64,000 nucleotides of DNA from Parasitella parasitica NRRL 2501 (GCA_025201805.1 MU619238.1:386219-450218); one strand, 5' to 3'; positions 39,706-52,000 are shown, counted from the stretch's first letter. Notes: generated by a model from the letters alone, not told the origin. Numbers and translations: made by a program.

Positions 39706-40510
39706 TAAACCATAATTGAATAACCACAAAGTGCTGTATCAGCGCAATGAATTTTTGTGTGGTTATCACCTTTGCGTCGGCGCAGGAGAATCAGCAAAGA
39801 GACGGGCTCTAGGTCTCCTCGCAGAGATGATCATTGAGTAGCCTATTGACAGATCGCATTTTTTTTATCACGGGACTAAAGCGTTTTAATATTGCACCAT
39901 CTGTCGTTTCAACTATCCCCTAATCGCTTGCCAATCAATCCAAGATGGGAATCACCTAGAAAATAGCGCTCTGTCTCCAACTTTAGGAGTTCAATGACAT
40001 CGCTGACGTTATTTATCTACTGAAAATTTTGCAATGACTGAGATATACGCGCTCTTAGAATCAGCAGGAATTTACGATCTATAATGCAACCATAGACGGC
40101 ATCAAGGAGGGTATGCCATTCGTCGTCAGTATGTATAGAGTAGACACATTTTTGCTTGTCTGATTAGCGTACTTAATTTGTAGAATATTGGTTATGAGAC
40201 AAATAGAGTTCCAAAAAAAAAGTTGACACGCTGTTGTGAATCCATTCTTCGTCGAAAAACAATAGTATTTAAACAAGTAGAAATGTGTATAAGCATATTT
40301 CCATCCAAAAAGTCGTATAACTAGGGAGATCTACATACTAAATGCATACTTACATACGAAGCAAATAAATTTGCATAAGGCGTTGATTTTCATGATGTGA
40401 ACAAAAAGTTACTGTATCCATTCACCTGACCGTTGGTTTGGCTCACACATAGCCGTTTATATTTTCTCCATGAACGAGTAAATCGTTCGTTTCAACCATC
40501 AACTATTAAA

Positions 40511-41043
40511 ATGGCCTCAAGATTGCTACTTCTGGTGATTTTATTACTATGACTCTAATGGGCGACAAAATGGTTCGAGGTGCACCTGCCAATATCAAAG
40601 AGAATGCTTGTGCTACAAAGGCCTATGAACTATATGATCTTTTGACAAGAAACGGTTGCCCTAAAGAGTATCCTCCAGAAGGGTGTAAAAAACTTTTTGA
40701 ACAAGCTATCGTGGCCCTGAACATTGGTCTTGCACTCTGTGAACCTCCAGAGGGTAATTCGACCCTTTGCAGAGTTCAAAAGCCTGGATTCTTTTCTTTT
40801 GTTAGTTGTCGTTCAGTAGTGCAAGTCGCTGTAATCACCAAAGAAGAATGTCAAGTCGAGAGCAAGAAGGACTTTACGTTCCACGCCGCAGGCAAATCCC
40901 AGACTACATATTACGCCTCCGAAGCTTTTTGCATTGACTCTCCTATGTTCCTAGTAAATAAACGCAAGTTTCTTAAACATTCGCACGTATATTTGTGTTG
41001 TTGTAATATTCACTGTAATTATTACTTACACCCGGAGAGTTGA
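40511..41043 (+). pseudogene. Family copy 6; frameshifted signal peptide and lost C-terminal Cys9/Cys10
   Basis: ATG at 40511 (MASRLLLLV) is out of frame with the 40549 ORF because of a 1-nt deletion in the T-run at about 40539-40542. After EAFCIDSPMF the last codons and stop are missing, and the frame reads into the 3' UTR (AATAAA at about 40957). Confidence 0.85.
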
Positions 41044-41715
41044 GTCGACAATGCTCTGATTTTTAAATCACGGTTCAGCCAAGCGTATCGTTTTTGCATA
41101 TGAAACAATAAAGTCCCATGATGGTTCAAATTGAAGTGTAGAAATAGAAAACAAAGGCTTTGGTGACAATGCCAAGACACTGGAATGTATATATGAAAAT
41201 GGACCTGTCGAATTGGAGCAGTTTCCATCTTTGATAACGGATCTTCAGACTGGAAACAAAAACCATGGAAGTATGTACCAAAGAAACACGAACTGCGAGA
41301 AGTCAAAGGCTACCGCTCGTAAAGAGAACACTCTTGCTATAAAGTTGCATCAAGCAAAGAATTCAAATGATATTATGAGCAGTTAAGCATGAAGGAAACC
41401 AGCACGCAACTACACACAGCGTTTTTAACAAATCCATTTATCTCATCCGTTTGCAGCTCAACTCAAGCAACCAGGTCTACGAATTGTACTTGAAGAAACC
41501 AAAATAGAACTGCATGATTGATAATGCCATGTTTTCCAGTATAAAGTTCAAGGTCGTTAAAGTGACTATCAAAGGACAGAATGGCAAGAAAAGTAAGGTT
41601 GAAGAAGTAGCCATTGCTCATTGAAAAATCCAGATACCTTTTGCGGATAAACGACATGCAGCCTGAACTCTTATCTTGCAACAATACCGACAACAAGCAG
41701 CATAATGATATAAAA

Positions 41716-42074
41716 GACCAGTATAATCGATCAAGAAGTGCTACAGTTGCTTGCTAGAAATACAAGCGCAATTGGGTCGTGGTGAGAATGGTGCCATGAA
41801 ACGAAACTTTAGTGCAGTTGTTTGCACTTGAGTCAGTGTCCGTGGTTCTAAATGATTGAAAAGTGGCAAGGCAATTATAAATCGTGATTTCCAAGAGGTA
41901 GCAAACATTGCTTTGAATGAACGCAGTCAGCTCGTCTCTACAGATCACCACTCATTTACCGTCTTTTATATAAATAAGCAAGCGATCCCACTAATTGGTG
42001 TTTTCTCGATTGATTTTCTAAATTTGCTTCTTATTTTCGCACGCCAGTCTGGCGATGCTGAGACCCACAACTGA
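41716..42074 (+). mobile_element. Degenerate Fanzor C-terminal relic 2, a different lineage from relic 1; decayed coding-like DNA may extend upstream to about 41050
   Basis: DQYNRS/KKCYSCLLEIQAQLGRGENGAMKRNFSAVVCT*..(QCP)..LKSGKAIINRDFQEVANIALNERSQLVSTDHHSFTVF. This follows the pattern I recall for fungal Fanzor1: DE..TS..CxxC...GAV.C.N..CP......RD..AA.NIA..G.S.L. Confidence 0.7.
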
Positions 42075-43054
42075 CCCGGTAAACGTTGGCAATGAGGTCA
42101 TTTCTCCCCAGATCAAAGCTAGTAGGAAATGATAGCTTGAATAGGAACACAATAAAGAAATGTAGAGATTCTCCTCTAGTTTATAAATAATAGCGCATAA
42201 GACTAACATGTATGCAGATTACATCATCAGCTGCCCCATAAAAATGATGAGGGTAATCGACATTTGTACAAGGTATGAATAAACGAGGTAATTTGCGCAG
42301 GTCAGTGCTCCTCTAAAATCCGTAGTGTAACAAGTTCCTAAAAGGTTAAACCAATAACCTGCACCCGAATATTGAACCGTTACTTTTTTGGATGGCAACA
42401 AGGGGGAGCTGGACTTGTAAATTCAGGTACAAGGATGATCTGAAAAAGCCGAAATGGTTTATATCACCTATACATGTAGAAGATGTGTCTTTTGTATGTA
42501 AAGAAGGGTAATGCATGTGCTCTGTCTAATGTAATCTGCTAGTAATATATGTAGTAAAACACTTGGCTGAACAAGTGTTTGACCAACAATAGAAGAAAAT
42601 CACGTTGCAGTATTACCTTGGATCATCACAGGTTGCATTCTTCACAAGAAATGTGTAACCTGCGTCTTTTAGTAGCTTTGATATTGTACATACATTGGTC
42701 TGTAGTTGAGTTTAGAGCTACGAGATTATAAAAGCATGTATGCTATCATGCATGTAAAGGATTATATATGATACAGTTTAAATCAAAATTATGGCGGTTA
42801 GATGTTGAGGAGAAAGAGAGAGGTTTGTTTATTTGTGTGAGTAGTATACAATGTACACACTAAAATAAATTGTTATTGTTGTGTGTGTAAAATCTCTGTT
42901 TTTTATTCCCATGACAATGTCTGTACCCCCTACTTTTTTTGATTTCTTATAGTATAAAAGATGAGATTTCCCTCTCTTTTCCCCCCTCTCTTTCTCTATA
43001 CCCATTTATGCATTCCTAACCTATTATATACCCACCAATATACATATACATATC

Positions 43055-43366
43055 ATGTCCATTGTTAGCACACCAATTTTAAAATCAACCTCTTTTGACA
43101 TCTTGAGCCGCAAAAGAAGCCCAGAAGACAAGCCGCAGCCAAAGACAAGCACATCCTTGAGAAGAACTTCCTCTGCTTCATCGTCTTCAACATTGTCAAC
43201 CACATCAACAAGCTCAGTGGATAGAAAATACTCTTACAAAACTTGCCCAATGTGCTCTGAACGTCTACTGGTTAGGATTCATGGGGCCTTTGTACACAAG
43301 TGGATCAATTTACACTTTGCCAATAGACATCATGAATGGATGCATGTTGTTGTTAATCTTCATTAA
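43055..43366 (+). CDS. Small Ser/Thr-rich protein with an atypical C2H2-like motif
   Basis: TATAAAAG at 42953, a pyrimidine-rich leader, a 103-aa ORF containing CPMC...HFANRH, and AATAAA at 43494. Confidence 0.6.
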   Translation: MSIVSTPILKSTSFDILSRKRSPEDKPQPKTSTSLRRTSSASSSSTLSTTSTSSVDRKYSYKTCPMCSERLLVRIHGAFVHKWINLHFANRHHEWMHVVVNLH

Positions 43367-43916
43367 AACAAAGCAGAAAAAAAAAGGGCTTTTTCCTCTT
43401 CTTTACCTTGTACATATTATATAGTCTCTTTCTACTTTCTTCTCATATTCCAAAAGCCCAAGATCGTCCCCTGAATATGTCGTTCAATATATCAATAAAA
43501 AAAACCAAATTGTTCGATTACAACTAATCTAAAGAATTTCCATTTTTTGCTATTATTACACTATTTGGCTGTAAACAAACTTTAATAAATGTGTTATTAA
43601 TAAAGCAATATGAGGTTACTATTACACATGTACCTCTGTCTAAACTATAAATTTGCGCGCTTCTGATTTGAGGTGAAACAGTATGAAATAAACGCAAACT
43701 TTTTAATAATGAAATCCAATGAAAAAGGTACATGAAATTTTGATTATCAGATCTGTTGAGAGGTTTCTTTTTTTCGACAAAATAAAAGTACAATTGTCTA
43801 GTCAATTACAATAGTTTACTATTTGCATCCATGCCACCACCTTGTTACATGTCTCTTTTTTTTTTGTTTTTTTTTCACATACAAACTTCCTCTCCATTTT
43901 ATTTGTTACAAACAGT

Positions 43917-45856
43917 TTATTCTTCCAAACACTTGTCCTCGTGATTAGTCGATTGATCCTCTTGTGTTTGTGTTTTTTGCTCAGGTTGTACAGTTTGAGA
44001 TAATGGTGGGGAACTTGGTGTTGGAGCTGGAGGAGAGCTTGGGTCTTGCTGTGCTACGTGACCTTGTTGAGAGTAGACTGATCCCCCATACTGAGATCCG
44101 CCGTAATGAGATATATCATTAGTATATTCCCTCTCTTGCTGTTTGTAATGTTGTGCTAATCTTTCTTTTTCATCTTCAGCTGTTAAAGGGGCTTCGTTAG
44201 AAGGAATACGAAAACCGCCAGCGTCTACCCTTTGTCTTTGTTGCTGGGCAATATTGTTCTGAGGATCTTGGTTAAACTGCTGTTGGAATTCTGAATAAGG
44301 CCGATAAGCATGATGTTGTTGGCGCTGACTGACTTGACGATACAATTGCTGGTAATTGATCTGGCTGTACATCATGTTGCTAGCATCATAAAAACTGCTG
44401 TCTTGGTGATATTGGTGAACGTTTGACCATGGGTTGTGTTGGTGGGGCGGCGAGAAATGTTGCTGCTGGTGCATTGGTACCGGCGAATTTGTCAGATTGG
44501 CATGGCTAGGATGTGGGGAATAGTACTGTTGTTGTTGAGGCAAATTGGCATGTGCTTGATAAGGCGAGTTAAAGGATTGACTAGAATAGTTATTATTGTC
44601 TTGCAAATGCTGTTGCTGCTGCTGCGGCAGATGAGCATCAGAGTTCAATGGAGAGGAGACTGGACCTGTGGATGAGGGAGGGCCGTCGTAAGCTGGAGGA
44701 GGAATATCGTACAAGTCAATCTTGTCCAATTCGATTTCAGTTTCTGTATTCGTCTTCAAATCACTAGTAACAGATGTTATCTCGCTTGTGGTATAGCCTG
44801 AAGGCTGGGAAGGTTCGGTAGGAGACGGTGTATTGGGCACAGCAATAGTTTCTTGAGTGAGTCTTCTTGGAGGGAGTTCAGGTGGAACAGCATTGCTGCT
44901 ACTAGAGGCAGTTGCTGTAGCGGGGGATTTTCCCTTGCCGTTGTCAACGTTATTGGTATTATTATTAGCCAGTGTGGCACGCTCGTCTTGGACAAGTGGC
45001 TTCCAATTATCCAGAGCATTCATAGCGTCGGCGAAAATGACTGCAGCTTCAGGGCCGTTCTTGTAGGGGTTGCGCTGCGCTTGTTTGGGAGGAGTGGGTT
45101 CGATTTCTATCAAATCAGTCAAGTATTTGCCAAAACCAGCAATCAAAGCCGTTTTCTCGGCGTATTCGTTCAAAGCGTTGAATCGAAGATAGAATGCTTC
45201 CTTAAGAGCAAATCGCTTGAAATCCGCTAAATCCATTTCACTTTCAAGCGTATCTTGTGCCAACGACTTTAACTCTTTCTGGAACTCAAGCAACTTGGGC
45301 GATCTGGGGCTGGTTTTGCTCAGATTCAAGATTCGAGATTGAAGTGAGCGCTTTTTCTCTCTCTGATCTGAAAGCTTCTCTTCTCTTTCACGGATGGATT
45401 TTACAGCATGTCGGTACTGCTGATATTTAGCTGATTAAGGAATTAACCACAGTGTATACCAAATCCTGTTTGCTTGGCCAAAACTTACCAGCATAAGCCT
45501 GGTCGACTTCAAGCTGTTTATCAAATAAGCGGCACAGTTTATCACCAACAATGTCCTAAAACCACAACCATGAGGACAGACAGCGCAAACAAGCACTGGT
45601 ATACTACCTCTAAATCACGCCCATTTTCTAGTTTCTCGTCGTCTACCTCCTCTTTTACCCACTGCTTCAAGGCCTTGTTCGTTTCAGAGCGTTCGTACGC
45701 CATGGTGCGCATAGAAGCTAGATCATTTCGTTCCTGAAAGATCCAAAGAGACAACGCCTTGGTATCCTGCTTTTGCAGCGGGTTGTTCTTGGCGAGCTGA
45801 GAGCTGACATCCGCTTTAAATTTTCCAATAGAAAACTGTAAATCTTTAAAATTCAT
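43917..45856 (-). CDS. Eisosome Pil1/Lsp1-like BAR domain protein with a long Q/P/Y-rich tail, 3 exons
   Basis: DLEDIVGDKL, YQQYRHAVKSIREREEKL, KRFALKEAFYLRFNALNEYAEKTALIAGFGKYLTDLI and PYKNG are Pil1/Lsp1-family features. Introns at about 45607-45558 and 45489-45431. Confidence 0.85.
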
Positions 45857-45997
45857 TTCGCCTTCTTGCGATTTAGACAACAGTGCAAAGGAAAAAGAAA
45901 GTACAATATGTGGGACAATTATTTTTCGAAATGGCTTTTTTTTTATACCGGTACATGATAACTAAAAATAGGCTAAATACGTCATTGTATCATCAAG

Positions 45998-46712
45998 TTA
46001 TACAAAAACGGCTGTAGTATTGATGTTTTCATAGAGATCCTCCATAGACTTGGTCATATAGGTATAAGAGGGGTTGGTGTCAAAGTAAGGCGCTTCGCCA
46101 ATAGCACACTTTTGGGCGGGATCATGGACCACCGTGAATGGTACAGACTCGTAAACACAATTGAGCTCCTCGCCAGCATACTTGACCATGAAACGGAGAT
46201 GATACAGGCCGTCGACACCAGTGACCTTGAGAGGGTAAAAGAGAGAGCCAGTTTTTCCCTTGTTATACATTGCTGCGTACAATCACAAGTCAGTATGCGC
46301 GTTATATAATTGCGTGATCTATAGACTTACGGATGTTTTCGCCAATATTAAGGTTATTGTGCTGAGTAGCATTCAAGATACGGATACGGAAGACAACTTC
46401 AGGAGCATTGGCAAGGCCCTTGTCGTCAATACTCCACTGAGCGTATTGATGAGAGCCAGCTGCAAAGACTAAGCCTGGAGTCGAAGGATGGTCGATGCGG
46501 AAGCCTTGGCAGTACTCGGGGTTCTGACGAGGAGGATTGTATCCGTACATCATAGCGTATTCAGGAATAACAGAAGCAGGAGCAGCAGCAACTTGAACTT
46601 TTGGATCTTCAATGACTATGGGTTCCTCAACGCCTTTAGGGCCGACAGCAGCTGCAGTTACAGAGGCAATGGAAACGGCAAGGGTAGTGAAAAGAATCGA
46701 GGTCAATTTCAT
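45998..46712 (-). CDS. Secreted protein of unknown function, paralog A (2 exons)
   Basis: Signal peptide; [23 protein letters not shown]...SHQYAQW; intron 46330-46273; CVYESVPF. Confidence 0.85.
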
Positions 46713-47165
46713 TTTGTAATTAGAGTGTTAATTTGAGGATGGAATGTGTGGTTCCATCTTCTTTTTATATACCTTTTGATAAAGACATTTCCTTGACAGG
46801 TACATGTTTTTTTAGGTATTTGTACCTGTACAGACTAAAAATATGCTTTGTTCAGTACTTGTATGTTCTCTTCACCCCCTCCCCCTCATTGTAAGAAATG
46901 TTGCCAAGCATATGTGCTTGTCTCATATAAATATCGCACTTTGCCTGTATTATATGTCAAATTCAACATTTTCAGTATAAGTTCGATATGTATTTGTGAA
47001 GAAGCCCCGCTAGATCCATGCAGGCTTCTCCACTCTGCTTTTCTTGTTCGCAGTATACATTTATTCCCCAATCCAGGATCTCAATTTGGAATGATCATAT
47101 GATAATGCCAAAATACATGTAGTTTATTTGTTGTTAGAGAGAGAAATTAAATCAACAGTGCTCCG

Positions 47166-47798
47166 TTAATTTGTATCATATAGATTTTCGATCGGCGTGG
47201 TCAAATAGGTGTAACTAGGATTTTTAATTACATGAGGCGCTCCACCTGCCAAAAAGTTCTTGTAAGGGTTTTGGACTACCATAAATGGAACCGATTCATA
47301 CACGCAATGGACATGTTGGCCTACATAATTTACCATGATGCGATAATGGTAGAATCCAGTAACATCATCTACCTCGAGAGGGAAAAGAACAGAACCAGTG
47401 TTTTCCTTGTTATACAATGCTAAAGAAAGAAAGAGACAAATTAATATGAATGCAGCATAGTATATAGAACTAGACTCACTGATATTTTCACCAATGACCC
47501 GATGGTTATGCTGGGTAGAATTGAGGATACGGATGCGGGTAATGATGTTGGGTGAGTTGGGAATATCTTCATCCACTGTCCATTTAAGATATTGATGTGA
47601 GTCGGCCTCAAATCCTAGGCCTGGTGAAGCAGGATAATCAATACGGAACCCTTTGCAGTATTCTGGATTAACTCGAGGTGGATTGTAGCCGTACATCATC
47701 ATTGCTTCCCCCATTTCAGCTCTGCGCTCATGTGTACTGGCTGCTGCTACTGACGCAAGGGCCGTAATCGCAGTTAAAAGTCCTGAGATGAACTTCAT
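47166..47798 (-). CDS. Secreted protein of unknown function, paralog B (2 exons)
   Basis: Signal peptide, possible ERR processing site, and [23 protein letters not shown]...SHQYLKW. In-frame intron 47479-47420 at the same position (GENI|) as paralog A; CVYESVPF. Confidence 0.85.
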   Translation of the reverse strand: MKFISGLLTAITALASVAAASTHERRAEMGEAMMMYGYNPPRVNPEYCKGFRIDYPASPGLGFEADSHQYLKWTVDEDIPNSPNIITRIRILNSTQHNHRVIGENISESSSIYYAAFILICLFLSLALYNKENTGSVLFPLEVDDVTGFYHYRIMVNYVGQHVHCVYESVPFMVVQNPYKNFLAGGAPHVIKNPSYTYLTTPIENLYDTN

Positions 47799-49063
47799 GT
47801 TTATAAGGGTATTATGTATATTTGCAGAAAATGTGCTTGTACGCTATACATGTTCTTTTATACTTGATTCGAATCAAGACTAATACGAGCATTCCCGACA
47901 ATGGATATGTTTACATGTATAAAACCGCTATTTTCTGCATCACTTTACCATGTGTGCTCAGAAAGGCCAATAGGCTATACATAACAGAAAACACAGAATA
48001 GCGAAACTAACTCACTTGACAGCTGTGATAGAATGTACGTAGATCAGTGATGTTTCTGATTTTCTGAGCCACCAGATATCAAATCACTACACATCAAGTG
48101 CACAAGCAAGATCTTTAGAACCAATAATTTGCTTGTAGCAAAATAAACTATTTGTTTTGATTTTATATATTTGCATTCTCAAGCCAATTATGCTAACTGT
48201 TTATACGACGTTCTGACATTACGTTTTGCGCATTTCATAAAATTTAGCATTCACAGAAACCATAATTTTTCCAGCAATATTTGTTGCTATTGCAAAGCCT
48301 CAAGTGCTCTCTATGCATCAAAAGTATGTCTGATGTTAGTGGCTACATTATAGATCAGATTTTATGGATTTAATAAAAAATTTTAGATCACGGTTTTTGA
48401 CCCCACTTTGCATAAAGGGTCCCTATTTGAGTTTTGGACAAAACCTAATTTTTTTCTGCAAAAACGAAGAAATTTATTATGCTTTGTATCGTAGCTATTT
48501 TTTCTAAAAAACAATATCTATCATCTGAAAATAATATATCAAGTGTTTTGTATATGCAATTTTGCCTTTCGTTCAAAAAACTAAAACTCAACACATTTGC
48601 TTTTACCGAATGCATTTATTTATATGGCGCTAAAATAAAAATACTAAAAAACTGAGCATACGATGCTTCATATATTTTGTTATGAACGCTTTGTATGTGT
48701 ATTAAAAGATAAAAAGATAAATAATCCTTTAAATCAATTTTTGTTTTGCAAAAATGCAAAATTGAACGAAAATTGAAGCTGCTGCGATACACATTAAGAT
48801 CCCATGCATTTTCAACACTTTTTATTCGAATCATGGATGATTTACTTTAAATGGCAAATGTTACTAGAAGCTATCGGTTGATCATAAGCTCTTATATGTA
48901 GATTGTATTTATGGCAGACAAAAGAAGCCTCTCCTCCGTCCGCCCCCCCCCCCCTTTTTCTTACATTCACCAACACCATTGTGATTCTGCGCTCCGAAAT
49001 TCGTCTTGTGGTAAATGCTCAAAACGGAAAGCAGATTAATACAAGGTTTTTCATGTACATATA

Positions 49064-52000
49064 ATGTCAAGAATAACACGCGGTATATCGTTAGAAGAAT
49101 GGGAAGAAAAAACCAAGCTTACGGAAAAAGAAAAGCAAAGCGTTTATGATTTAGAGGATGCTTGTGCAGAGCTACCACTGCCGTCCAACTGGGTACAGTG
49201 TTATGAGGGCTTTGCTTTGCATTGTTCCAAGTAGCTCAAGTGTTATACTTACTTGTTGACTCTTTAGTATTTGGGCGATAAATTATTAGGCTCACCTTCG
49301 CTTGGAAGCAACATGTCGAATTCGCCGGGTGGACTATCGCCAGAGCAAGTGTCTGGATCGTCGTCAAGCCCACTTAACCCACACGTGCTTGCGTCTCGAT
49401 TGATAGCAGGAGCAGGCAATTCAGCGCCCATGGCAAGGACATTATCCACAGCTAATCTACTTGCCGAGGCTACTGCAGCCGATACCGCAGCTGAAAAGCA
49501 GGTAGCCAACGAAATTGGCAGCGAGAAGCCCATCGAGACGTTGCAAGAGTTCTTTGACTGGTTTGCAGCAATGGAATCTGAAATGGAAAAAGGACAAGAA
49601 GACGTCTACCGCAACCATTTATCAATAGTAAAGCTGTATCAGAGCGCATGCGACGAGTTTTTGCAAGATCTACAGACGACGTGTCAGTTATTCGATGATC
49701 TGGAAAAGGACTATTCGTTTGTGGACGTCAGAACACGATCTTTACAGACAGCATGCGAAACACTGCTGGAAGAACAGCATCGATCGACCCGTTTGGCGGA
49801 AGGATTGGCAGCGAGGCTGGAGTACTTTAATCGGCTGGAGCCTATCGCCAAACTATTCAACTCGCCAGGTGACGAAATCTGCTTGCAACCAGAGTTTATA
49901 CCTATGCTTGAAAAACTGGATGAATGTATAAAATATATGGAAGAACATGTAAGTTTCTTTTCTCTCTCTCTCTCTCTCAAGCACATTGATCCACATAGAC
50001 TAATGATAACCCATTGCAGCATACATATCGTGATTCTGAATTGTATCTGATGCGTTTCAGACAATGCATGACTCGAGGTATCACGCTGATAAAGATGTAC
50101 GTAATATCAACATTCAAGACGCTGAGCTACGATGTGTACAAGCAGGTAAACACCAAAGACACTACCATGGGGAAGCAGATTGCAATGTACTATGTCAAGT
50201 TCAAGACCATTGCGCCGACTATTCGATCACTAACAGCGCAGGTAGAAAAGAGATGCGGCCACAAAGAATACAGGTCGCTGTATGAGGACATGCTGCACAC
50301 CTACTTTCAGACAAGACAGCAGTTGCTGAGCCCTCTCATCTCCAAAAAGATACAGCAGCTGGGCCCCAGTGACAAGGATTTGCTTGATTTTGCAAAAAAT
50401 GGATGTGCCTACATGATGAGTCTTTGTTCTGATGAACACAATCTCTTTTACAACTTTTTCCAAAAATCAGGAGAGCAGGAGCTATAGTAAGATCCACACA
50501 GGCGTGTGCCATAGAATATTAAACTAACAAACTACCCCCACTGACTGCAGCAACTATCTGGACGTTTTAACAAGCCATCTATACGACTATCTTCGACCAC
50601 GCATCATCCATGAAAATGATATCATCACACTATCCGAACTTTGTAATGTCTTTTTGATGTATGTGATGCAGGACGAGAACGATTTGGGTAAGGATCACTA
50701 GAGACAGCCAAAAATAAGAACGAATACTTACTGATGGACAGTGCTGGGGATTATGGACGACAAGAACGACGTCAAGTTTGGCCATTTGCTTCAAAACATT
50801 CTGGAGGACACACAGGCCAGGCTTGTATTCAGAGCCCAAATGTTTATCCACAATGACATCCAAAACTACCAGCCCAAACCACAGGATTTCGAAAATATAC
50901 GCCAGCATGACGATCCGCATCGTGAGCAGGACAAACAAAAGACCTGGGTAGTGCTGGACACAAACACCACTGTGACAAACACAGCAACACTAGCCATCAC
51001 AGAAGAGGATACGTCAGATACCCATTCCGTTCGATCGGCACGGTCGAGCCTGCTTGCTGATGGCCATGACGAAGCTAGCGGATGGTTCCCTACTTTGCAA
51101 AAGACGTTATGGATTTTGTCCAAGCTGTACAGATGTGTTCAGGTAAGTATGTGGCTAGAGGATTCGAAAGGCTTGCTGACACAGCCTACAGAACGGCGTC
51201 TTTGAAGATTTAGCTCAAGAGGCAGTATCTCTTTGTAATGAATCGCTTCAAAAGGCTAGCGAATCAGTCGCTGCACTCAAGTCTCGCCTGGACGGCCAGC
51301 TATTTTTGGTCAAAAACCTGCTCGTGCTGAAAGAGCAGCTGGCTCCATTCGAAGCTAATTTAGTGCACGCAGGAAAGACGTTAGACTTTTCTCATACTGC
51401 AGGTAATTACACAAGAAAAAACGAAATTACATCGTTTTTTAATGCCGTGTTCGTGACAGATTCATTATCGTCTCTGCAGCAGCAGAAATCACTCATGTTC
51501 AACCCAAATGCTCTCATCGGTCTGGCTCAGAAAGGAATGCCCCGTGTGGTGGAAGTGAGCCTGGATTCAAGACGAGAAATTGACTTCCAGATTAAAAAGG
51601 TGTGCGAGGAGTTTATCAATCAGTGTGTGGATGGTGCGTTGGAACCACTTACTGCATTTTTGATCAAGGTAGGTAAAATGCATGCTGGAGTGTGTGTTTG
51701 TGTGCCAAGCCCCAACTAATTCTGCACAGTTATCGGCTATTCTGCCATCAGCAGTGCTACCCAAATCATCGGATGGACGAGACTCACCTGCGCAAAAGCT
51801 GAGCTCAAGTAAGTCGTATGACCTCGTATTGATCCCCATCTAATATGTTCTGTTAAAAAAAAAAAGAGGACGTAACTGAAGCCGCAGATCAGTTTATGGA
51901 AGCAGTTGAGGAGCGCATTCGGTTTGTGATGAAGAAACTGCGAGAGTATGTCAATGACCAAAAGATGGAACAGATTTTGCTGAAGCCTATAGAGACGAGC

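Noticed and set aside
39770-40260. Small hairpins and an intron-like GTATGT…TAG segment between copies 5 and 6
   Set aside because: May be a decayed gene or element, but no coherent frame or family could be identified.
48386-48460. Sequence resembling a transposon TIR (CACGGTTTTTGACCCC…)
   Set aside because: No matching inverted copy found in the window.
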